42,740 nt of DNA from Eledone cirrhosa. Taxonomy: Eukaryota. How positions within the stretch are numbered: the first letter of the stretch is position 1; each line of letters opens with the position of its first letter. Of the stretch, positions 15,743-25,827 are shown in pieces. A program made the translations under genes and the position numbers. The notes under the pieces are model-generated. The model did not search any database, was not told the origin of the DNA, and was given only the letters and a program-made list of their open reading frames with translations. The stretch spans positions 1 to 42,740 of the forward strand of contig CAXHJY010001546.1 in assembly GCA_964016885.1 (NCBI GenBank), given 5' to 3'.

Positions 15743-16009
15743 GTATATATATACATATGTATATATATATATATGCATATATATACATATGTATATATAT
15801 ATATGTATATATAGATATGTATACATATGTATAGATATGTATACATATGTATATATATATATATATATATGTATACATATGTATATATATATATATACAT
15901 ATGTATATATATATATATATGTATACATATGTATATATATATATATGTATACATATGTATATATATATATATATGTATACATATGTATATATATATATAT
16001 GTATACATA

Positions 16010-16346
16010 TCATCATCATCATCATCATCACCGTTTTACATCCGTTCTTCCACGCTAGCATGGGTTAGACGGGTTGTCCTGTTGTGGGCAGTGTCTGGTC
16101 GGCTGACCATGCCTTGCTCATACAGGAACTGATCTGGCTTGATTTCTACAGCTGGATGCCCTTCCTAACACCAACCTCATTTACAGTGAGTGCTGGGTGC
16201 TTTTTCGTGGCGCCTACACGTCCACTTTACAGTGTGGGCTGGGTGCTTTTTTGCCGTGGCACCTCCACGACCACCTTGCGGTGGGGGGAGTGGGGGCATA
16301 TTGTTTATATGCTTCAGCATGTACCCATGGGAGGTCGGGTACCCTG

Positions 16347-16347
<1 letters not shown>
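16010..16347 (-). mobile_element. Second subfamily of the (GAT)n-tailed retroelement
   Basis: (CAT)n followed by TTCCACGCTAGCATGGGTTAGACGGG...TTTCTACAGCTGGATGCCCTTCCTAACACCAACC, shared with 32311-32480. Confidence 0.8.
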
Positions 16348-16387
<40 letters not shown>

Positions 16388-16479
16388 GTATATATATATA
16401 TATATACACATATGTATATATATATATATATATACATATGTATATATATATATATTTGTGTATATATACATATGTGTAA

Positions 16480-16508
<29 letters not shown>

Positions 16509-16513
<5 letters not shown>

Positions 16514-16595
16514 AGAACAAAAGATGGTTAAAAGAGTTCCATGTATTTTATTATGCACATTGCTTTATTGTACTACAATAAAACTCACCTCCTAC

Positions 16596-16597
<2 letters not shown>
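16509..16597 (-). mobile_element. 89-bp two-ended deletion derivative of the element 4 family
   Basis: The first ~48 nt match 17053-17100 and the last ~40 nt are the reverse complement of 11962-12001. The HHR core is deleted. Confidence 0.7.
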
Positions 16598-16639
<42 letters not shown>

Positions 16640-16761
16640 CAAAAGGGATATTCAATTTGTTGGTAATTCAATAAATATAAATGTTTATAACTGATTCAGA
16701 GCCCTCGACAAGTTTTCTGGAGTATAATATTCAATGATATTAAATAAATGGAAACTATATT

Positions 16762-16822
16762 TATTCCATTATATATATTTCAAGAGTACCAAAACTTTGG
16801 TACGCTTTCATCAAATAAAATA
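16762..16822 (-). ncRNA. Hammerhead ribozyme (element 3 left arm; uncompensated C3U)
   Basis: The core reads UUGAUGA instead of CUGAUGA; otherwise it mirrors 16924-16984. Confidence 0.65.
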
Positions 16823-16923
16823 CAAAGTTTGTTTTATAAATATTGACATAACCAAGAAAAGATACCTTTGAACTGCTAAGCTATCTTTTCCTGGTTATGT
16901 CAATATTTATAAAACAAACTTTG

Positions 16924-16984
16924 TATTTTATCTGATGAAAGCGTACCAAAGTTTTGGTACCCTTGAAATATATATAATGGAATA
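16924..16984 (+). ncRNA. Hammerhead ribozyme (element 3 right arm)
   Basis: TATTTTAT-CTGATGA-AAGcGTACCAAA gt TTTGGTACcCTT-GAAA-T-ATAT-ATA|ATGGAATA. Predicted cut after 16976. Confidence 0.88.
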
Positions 16985-17087
16985 AATATAGTTTTATAAA
17001 TATAATTTCCATTTATTTAATATCATTGTATATGTATATATATATATATAATATATAAGATCAAAAGATGGTTAAAAGAGTTCCATG

Positions 17088-17158
17088 TATTTTATTATGC
17101 GCATTTCAAAAACAAATATCATCATACAATAACATTTGTGTTTTCATCAGATAAAATA
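17088..17158 (-). ncRNA. Hammerhead ribozyme (element 4 left arm)
   Basis: Exact mirror of 17282-17352. Confidence 0.88.
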
Positions 17159-17281
17159 GGAAGACATGATATGAAGGTTAAAAAACACTTGTGAATAGTG
17201 CAGTTTTAAATCAACATATGATATGTTGATTTAAAACTGCACTATTCACAAGTGTTTTTTAACCTTCATATCATGTCTTCC

Positions 17282-17352
17282 TATTTTATCTGATGAAAAC
17301 ACAAATGTTATTGTATGATGATATTTGTTTTTGAAATGCGCATAATAAAATA
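17282..17352 (+). ncRNA. Hammerhead ribozyme (element 4 right arm)
   Basis: TATTTTAT-CTGATGA-AAAcACAAATGTTATT gtat GATGATATTTGTtTTT-GAAA-T-GCGC-ATA|ATAAAATA. Stem I is a perfect 8 bp, loop 3 is palindromic, and the predicted cut is after 17344. Confidence 0.9.
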
Positions 17353-17382
17353 CATGGAACTCTTTTAACCATCTTTTGATCT

Positions 17383-17454
<72 letters not shown>

Positions 17455-17465
17455 ATACAATCATA

Positions 17466-17508
<43 letters not shown>

Positions 17509-19577
17509 CTGCATCGTGGTGGTGGAGAAATGAGTTCCTTTGTAAAATCTGGTGCGCCGTCGCATTTATTAGTTCGACTCCGACGAAAATCGAATTCACC
17601 TTTTACACTTGATCCCTCAAAGATCGATAAAGTAGTAGTAGTAGTAGTAGTATATTGTTATCGATGATACACCCCCAAATGAGGAAATGTGAGAAAACGA
17701 AATTGGGATGATAAGATTTCCTGTGAACAGCAATGAGAGGCTATATATATTTGGTGGGTTTCAAAAGCTCCGTGTTTACGGTATAAATTGCAGAGCGAGA
17801 TGGGAGTGGGGTTCCAATAGGTGCCTTAGATTGTTTCAATAATACCAACACAATGGGGGACTCTCCATGTGTCCAAAGCCCACCAAATCTCCAAGCTACG
17901 TGATTCTGGTTACTTGGCATATTTTCGCCTCTGTCAGTTCAATGGAAATGAATCTAAACAATATCGATTGAAGAGTTTAACTTAAATCCCAAAGAAACGC
18001 AGACATTGAATTTGATCTTAACACATTAGTCGTGTTGTATCTGTACTAACTCCGTCTGTTGGTTTCTAACACACATAGATAAGTTAGGCAGATAGACAGT
18101 ATTTCATCGTAATTTTACCATATAATTTTGGCCGTTTATGTTTTGACAAACAAAAATAACTTCAGCACAGCTTAGAAGGAACACATTGCCATAAATTGCC
18201 TTCTGGGTCCTAATGTCAGTGCCTTAGATACAAAAGTCGTGAAATCGTTAGAATCGGTCATCGAAATAGTGTACCAAGAGGAATTGTTAAGATCGCAGCA
18301 ATTGTTTAGACATACAGGTATTAATAGGACATGGGAAGAGGAATTAAACGTAATTCGTTTAGAACTTCATGTTGCAGAAGCAGAATATAGTTCCCACCTT
18401 ATGTATCTATAGAAATGTGTTGTTTGTCCCATCCCACGCACAAATTAGAAATAGGATAAATCTCCCACTAATAAATTTTAAATTATATGCTAGAACATAC
18501 TCGAAAACTGCATTTTAAAACATTGAAGTTATTATCACTAAAAGATCAGCGGATATGACCAAGGAAGAGGAGCCATTCTAGTTCCGAGACTTCGTTACCA
18601 ACTCTCCCAGGCTTCGTAAATAATGTATTAATAATATATCTTAAAGTCGATTCAATCGACTATATATATATATAAAGTCGATTCAATCGACTATATATAT
18701 ATATATATACACATCCTGCCTATATATACACCCGTTGATTTATGCCTAAGAAATCATTATAAAACTATTACTTTCCAGCAGTGCTCCAGTATGGCCACTG
18801 TCTAATGACTGAACCCAGTAAAAGAATATGACGTAGAAATGTGTTGATGTAAGATGTAATATATGTAAAATGTAAGGATCATATTAGAAAGAAATCCGGA
18901 TCATTTAAAAAGAAGAGGAAATATACTGTGCAGTCATTATATACGTGATAGTGTCTCAAATGTAATGGATCAGATTTGCACCGAACGGAGCATATATTCA
19001 AACGAATAGAGGAAAGTAACAAAGGAAAATAGCAACAACAAAAATAAAAAATTGAAGTGGGATCAATAACCGATAATATTAAATATACAAGGTATCTGTC
19101 TAATTTTATATATTAACGGTCTCTTTCCCTCATACATACATTATATAATATGGAGATTGGTGTATACAGCCACCATCTTCAGTATAACTTAGCTTAGTCT
19201 GAGCTTTTTACTTACGTTGATATGTAGAGCATTGGAAAGGCATGAACATCCGAAATTCACTAGTATTCCTTTATTACATTAATGAAAAACAGGATGAATA
19301 CTCTTATTTAAATGGACAAACAACGTAACTGTCTTTATTATTATCATTATTATTACTAATTAGGTTTATAAAAAAAATGCTTTCAAAATATTTCGAAGAC
19401 TACAAATTAGGTTGCTGTCCTTTCAGTTCAAATAAATTCGCTGACATCATTTCCAACATTTTCATTTAAAATACAAAATAACCACCACCCCCTCATATAA
19501 ATCAAGGTCTTACGAACACACTCAGATAAAGTGAGCTAAAAGTTCCTCATATTTATTTCATAGTCATACAAAATATC

Positions 19578-19628
<51 letters not shown>

Positions 19629-20236
19629 GATAGTTTGGTAAGAAGTGAGAGGTTTACATATACACACTGGCGTTCTCCAGTCGGTGCGTGTACGTGTAAT
19701 AATTCAGATGGTGGGACAATTGGTCAAACACCGGCTTGTGTCACTTTAAACCGATTTTATCAGAAGAATACTTTTGATTAATGATCGACTTTAAACATTC
19801 ATCTTTCAATTTATTGGTGGCCACTGAATGGGACAGACCGTTTCATATATTTCGAGGTAAGTAGTAAAATATCTGGCATAGAGTGGGTGGGTGATAAAGA
19901 CGACAAGAGAATGTGTATCTTCTACCTTAGGTTAGAGATGTCAATGTGTATGGGGAAGCTATTCAGTTGCTTCCGGCTGTCAGGCGCGCTTCCTTACATA
20001 GGTATGACATTTCATAAAGAAAATATATAGAATATAAATAGCAGACCGTTGTGACATTCATCATTTTCCTTCAGCTCTACAAGATAGAAATAGTTTTAAT
20101 AGAAATCTAAAAGAAAAGATGCATATTTACAAACATACATAGATCACTTAGGGACTTTTTGCCACCGCTCTCATACATACACACATATTTCCTACAAAAT
20201 ATTAGGGACTTTTTCTCTCTATCTCTCTCGTGTGTC

Positions 20237-20272
<36 letters not shown>

Positions 20273-20476
20273 ATAAACTTTGCCTTTAATGTTTGGGGGG
20301 AGGGGGTTGAAAAGTATGCCACCGAATGTACACACCGAAACGGACAAGAAACTCAATCTACGTATCACTGAAATATTAATTAAATCTGAGAAGAATTTAC
20401 CGTTTAAACAGTCTTGCAACGAGTCAAGTTTATTGGATAAATTAAAACTTGCTAATAGGTTTTGTACACACACACA

Positions 20477-20517
<41 letters not shown>

Positions 20518-21101
20518 GTGTGTGTGTAGGACTAGCTTTCATTATAGTAAAAAAAAAAATAATAATTGCAATAGAAAATGATTCCGATGTAGAGAAATTC
20601 TACCTCGGGTAATTCCTAGTTCTATTAAAGTTATGTGCTGTTTTGTTTTGAAATAGTTTTATTATTATTATTTAAAACCATAGGTCACTATTATAAATGG
20701 TTGATATTTTGCTAACGTTAGTAGTCGGCAAATTAAGACAGACCAGACCAGGTAGTTTCTGATCTGGTATTAAATATCTTTTAGTCGTTGTTTTAATAAA
20801 TCTGTGTACAGTTCAAGCCAGCAATGCCCACCCCCTTCTATCTCCCTCTAGAAAAGCTATTCGCTTGTCCCAATAACTCCACTTAAAAGTCAATGGCCAC
20901 TTTGCTTAATTTGTTTGTTGGGGGTTTTTTAACATAAATTCTATTTTCTTTATTTTATTGTTTTCGTGTTCTCATCTTACTTATCAGGCCATCCGACCAT
21001 ATCTCCCTATATTTGTCTGTCTTTCTCTGTCGCCCTTTCACTCCCTTCCCTCACTTGGTATCTCTAATACTATTGACGGACACCTAGTTATTGCACACCA
21101 G

Positions 21102-21154
<53 letters not shown>

Positions 21155-21250
21155 GTGTGTGTAGAAAATATACATACATCTCAACACACAGTCCGTTAAA
21201 ATTGCCACTGCAACCAACAATAAACTATTTAAATATATATATAGTAGTTG

Positions 21251-21283
<33 letters not shown>

Positions 21284-21355
21284 TATGCCTATTTGAAAAA
21301 GTGAAAATTTTCCAACTGTAACTTACTGTTCAGGCAGGCTTTAGCTGGGCCTCTC

Positions 21356-21413
<58 letters not shown>

Positions 21414-21666
21414 CACACATATATATATACACATACACACACACACACACACACGTAGGTTCATAACAAGGCGGAGGTTCGGCCATTTTTCTTTCTTCCA
21501 TAATTGTTGGATGGAAAAATAGAAAATAAATGTTTAATCATACCAACATGACACTAACCTACTTCGACTTTTAGGAAGGAATAGGCACAATCTGTGGAAC
21601 GGACTGATTCTAGTGATATCATTCGCAGGAATTTTGTTCTAATACCAATATTTTAAACAGCTACTA

Positions 21667-21731
<65 letters not shown>

Positions 21732-23339
21732 GGGAAGGGGTGTGAAGTGTCTGCCACTCGGTTTCGATTACCAGCTGGAGTTTTCAATTAAATAGCTACT
21801 ATCCCTGGTCAATGCAGTGTCCAACAATTTTACCCTGTCTGCTGTATAAAGTTATAACTTTTGTGTCAAAAATAAAAAAGTCATTATTATATATATTTTT
21901 CTATTTAAAGACCCTGTGAGCTGCCTTGGTTTCGATTTCAGCCCCAACCATTTCCGATCGCTTACGTGTCTTTGACAATAAGATGAATGTCTGTTTAATA
22001 AAATCTGAAAATCTTGTGTCTAGGTAAGAAATGTAATAATTATATTATTCAGATGAGGGTTGTTCTACGTTCTCATGCAGAGCAAGAGAACATTTACTTA
22101 GTTATTCCACCCCTTTATAACCCTGTTTAGATGGTAGGTAGGGACCATATACAACACTTTGATAGACAAACCACCGACAACTGTGTTTGGTTTCTTGTTA
22201 ATCAAGTGGAGAAGAGAGTCAAAGAAATTAGCAATGTTTGTGGCTTGGAACGACAATCTTTAAAAATACTGTTGAAGGGTTGGTTCAACAAGGTTGTTTG
22301 TTGATGGGATATTGACAGTGAACCCCAAGTTGATATGCCCTCAAACCCAGAGAAGGCGGGGGCGATAATGCACACACACAACACAGGACTTTTTTTTCCC
22401 TCCATTTAAATATAGAGCAATCTATCATGCTAGTTTGTTTCTTTTTTTTATTTTCCTTCAGCGTGAAGTTCTATAAATAAATAAGCAAACAAAACAAAAT
22501 AAACAGTTAAAAAGGAAAAAGATCAAAGCAGTTGCCGCTTTCTTTGATGTTATGATGACTGCGAGTTTTAACTAAGAAAGCTCAGACCACCGTCTAGCTG
22601 CAGCACTCGACAGGCATTCAGCTAAATAAAATTACAGTCAAGCAATAATAAAAGCAGTGTTATGCTTTAGTCCCTAGCATAGTCTTTAATGTGGGCGCGT
22701 ACACACGCAGACATATACAGACACAGAAAGAAATATATGTATAGCTATATACACATACATTAGTCATACACACACTTTCAAAGCCAGACATCAAATGTCT
22801 TTACACACACACAAACACACACAGTGTAAACTTGGATATGTGGGTAGGAGTGATAGGGTTTAGTAACTGACCGATTTCAGAGCACAAGAGTATCAGAGAA
22901 CAGCTTGCCAAGATATCTATTTTATTTTATTCCATTGGTTTTTATTTTAGTTTATCAACACTTTTGGAAAATGTAAATAAACTTTTAGCTTTCACATAAG
23001 AAAACTAGTTATGTATTGGCCAACAATTTTAATTAAGAACTAATCTCGTGTGTGTGCCTGTACATGTATACACAAATACATAGGCTTATATCCAAAAGAT
23101 CTAACTTGTTACTACCACAAATACCTCAGTCAAGATCCTTCACATATTTTTAAAACGATCACCCACAAAATAAAAGTTTTAAAAACGTCTGAAGTGCCCT
23201 ATGAGACTTAATTGCAGTTAAAGAGGTTAGCTGACAATTGGACATTATCAAGAATGAGGCACACTAGCTTAAGACCCAGTCTTAAATATGTCACAGTGAT
23301 AATGATTTGCAACTTGAAGTAACACTGTAGTTAGATCAG

Positions 23340-23520
23340 CTCCAGTACATTCCCAGCAAATTTGGGAAAAGACAAGTTGATTGAATTAACCCCACTACTT
23401 GACTGGTACTTTATTTTATCGATCCAGGAAGAATGAAGACAAAGTTGACGTCAGCATGATTTGAGCTGAGAGAGTGCAGAGATTGAGAACATGCAAAGCA
23501 TTCTATCAGTATGTTGTACA
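23340..23520 (-). mobile_element. Decayed tRNA-derived SINE (family of 30378-30862)
   Basis: ACTGGTACTTTATTTTATCGATCC..GAATGAAGACAAAGTTGAC..GATTTGAGCT matches 34662-34730. Confidence 0.75.
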
Positions 23521-24404
23521 ATTATTTATTAATAAAGGCACGTTAACTGCAACTACAAAAAGAACATTAAACCTTTGTAAAAGTCTGGTTCAATTACAAG
23601 CTGTTATTTGACCATTTCTCATTTGTAATTACCAGCTGCCTAAATTGCTACTATTGAAAGTATTACAAAGACTTGTAAAGATCTGGAACAAATACTACAA
23701 TAGCATTTTATCTATCTACCAATTCTACTAATCTACCGCCCTTTAAATATTACTGAAGGTGAAGCCAACCACGTTAGTTCAACTCAGTAGAACCCATTAT
23801 ATAATGTGGCACTCAGTGATTTCTGTTATTCAATTATTTTTAATAAGTAATTAAAATCTGGCCATTGCTTTATATGGTTTTAGTTTATCAGATAAAACTA
23901 AAAAAAAAATATGTCTGCGTTAGATTTCAATTACTATATTCAGCTGGGACCACCTTTTAATGCTACGAACTACATATATTAAGGTAAAACTAAATATTTC
24001 TCAAGATACCTTTAACATTTCTTCAAGTTGTCTCGGTCAGTTATCTTTAGGATCATTTGAAAAAGAATTCCTTTTTGTCTTTGATCTTTCCAAATACCGG
24101 CTTCTAGTTATTCAATAAACCCTTGTATAAACATGACAAATCTGAAACCTTAATTGCTTAAGAAATTAACACAGTACAAAGTAATTTCCGGTTGGTTGAC
24201 ATGCTTCATAGCCCTCGCTTACAATGTCTTATTCATAGGGGAGGGGAGGAGATTGGTTTACTTAATGAAGCTTAATTGTAGGAAATGAAGGAATTCACAG
24301 AAATGTGGTATACATAAACTTCGTCTCGGTTTTCAATGTGATGCTGCTTATAATCATAATTTCTAAATTTGAAAAGGCCAAACATGTTGGGAAGACGGAT
24401 GCTT

Positions 24405-24795
24405 TATTTGATTCCCGTATTTGATTACTGGTAATCAATGCCCCAGAAGGATGAAAACAAAAGTAGACTTTGGCAGGAGTTGAACTCAGAATGTGTAGAA
24501 ATATAATCAAATACAGCAAGGTATCTTGTCCAGTGCTCTACTAGATTTTGACAAACACCATCCTAATAATAATGATTTCTGACTTAGGCATATATTCACA
24601 ATATTGTGGAATGAGTATTGTTAACTAGTCTTTACTTCTATAACAAGTATTTACTTTAGAAACTTCCACAGAGATAAACAGCAAACTTGATAATTCTGTT
24701 GACCTCGGCAGAATTTCAACTTAAAATGCATAGAAATGCAATTAAATACAGGTATTTTATTTAATGCTCCACTGATTGTACCACCCACTCCACTA
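24405..24795 (-). mobile_element. Two adjacent decayed copies of the same SINE
   Basis: AAGGATGAAAACAAAAGTAGACTTTGGCAGGAGTTGAACTCAGAA and GTTGACCTCGGCAGAATTTCAACTTAAAA. Confidence 0.65.
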
Positions 24796-24941
24796 ATCAG
24801 ATATTTTATCTCTGTATTTCAAAAGGAAAAAGCTAAATAAGAGCATGTTTATTCCTATAAATACTCATGTAATTTCCAAATTTAACTAGAAAGTTCTGGA
24901 AATTGTACAAACAACCCAGTCTGATCCAGAAGACATGAAAG

Positions 24942-25103
24942 AAATATGTGAATTGGTAGAGCGGCAGACAAAATATGTGAATTGGTAGAGCAGCAGTCAA
25001 AATATGTGAATTGGTAGAGCGGCAATCAAAATATGTGAATTGGTAGAGCGGCAGTCAAAATATGTGAATTGGTAGAGCGGCAATCAAAATATGCTTTGTT
25101 GCA
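24942..25103 (+). repeat. 29-bp minisatellite, about 5 copies (AAAATATGTGAATTGGTAGAGCGGCAGTC)
   Basis: Tandem units are directly visible and resemble the SINE head at 30578-30614. Confidence 0.9.
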
Positions 25104-25394
25104 CAAGAAACAAAAAACATTTATATACAATTGTTAGATGAAAAGAGTACAACAAACGAAGTGAGAAAGTTATGGGTAGAGAACTATTCAACTGTGTCAT
25201 ACTTCATTTACCACTTAACAAATTAAAACAATGCACAATATCCCATCATACAATATCATCTGACTTAAGGACCAATTGGAAAGCTTCTTATCTAATGTCA
25301 GTCCTGCTGGATTGGACATTGTTTTAGTACAACATAATTGAAAAGGTTACTTTAGTCTTTACACATCCAAAACAGTTTCAACAACACCATGCTA

Positions 25395-25541
25395 TGTGGT
25401 TGACATTAGGTCAGGCATTCAGTAGTAGAAAACCCAAGCTAAAAATGGAATGTATGAACAGAGTGTAGTCTGACTAATCTAGTCTGGGAACATGACAACC
25501 CTTCTAACCCAAGCATGGAGAATAGACGTATGATGATGATC
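25395..25541 (+). mobile_element. Decayed 3' end of the (GAT)n-tailed retroelement
   Basis: GTGGTTGACATTAGGTCAGGCATTCAGTAGTAGAAAACCC...AAGCATGGAGAATAGACGTATGATGATGAT. Confidence 0.65.
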
Positions 25542-25589
25542 AAACTGAAAAGGAACACCTTGCTGTGGTATGGGTATATGAAAAATTCT

Positions 25590-25789
25590 ACATATTTATC
25601 TATATGGAAGACCATTCCACACATCTATCTATATGGAAGACCATTCCACACATCTATCTATATGGAAGACCATTCCACACATCTATCTATATGGAAGGCC
25701 ATTCCACACATCTATCTATATGGAAGGCCATTCCACACATCTATCTATATGGAAGGCCATTCCACACATCTATCTATATGGAAGACCAA
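25590..25789. repeat. 29-bp minisatellite, about 6.7 copies (ATCTATCTATATGGAAG(A/G)CCATTCCACAC)
   Basis: Period 29, directly visible. Confidence 0.95.
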
Positions 25790-25827
25790 TGTCTTCAGTG
25801 GACCATCAACTGCTTTTAACCCTTTAC

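Larger units (their letters stand above)
16637..17028 (-). mobile_element. Fold-back HHR element 3 (same family as element 1, opposite orientation): tail 16637-16731, palindrome 16732-17028
   Basis: Shares ATGATATTAAATAAATGGAAACTATATTTAT arm ends with element 1. Arms are about 135-150 bp with one indel. Confidence 0.8.
17053..17387. mobile_element. Fold-back HHR element 4: perfect 335-bp palindrome
   Basis: 167-bp arms centred on G17220, with no mismatch found by eye. Flanked by (TA)n. Confidence 0.88.

Noticed and set aside
17870-17925. QSPPNLQAT*FWLLG, weakly like a mariner SPDL..DFWL motif
   Set aside because: Too degenerate, with no other transposase motif or TIR found.
18642-18705. Duplicated small dyad AGTCGATT-C-AATCGACT
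   Set aside because: Best explained as a local slippage duplication of a repeat fragment beside (TA)n.
19155-19187. Minus-strand CTGAAGA followed by a TGGTG/CACCA stem
   Set aside because: No GAAA or cleavage triplet follows.
19760-22480. Plus-strand splice-like sites (GAG|GTAAGT at about 19857; TTTTCCTTCAG at about 20074 and 22461)
   Set aside because: No convincing coding exon could be built; non-coding exons cannot be excluded.
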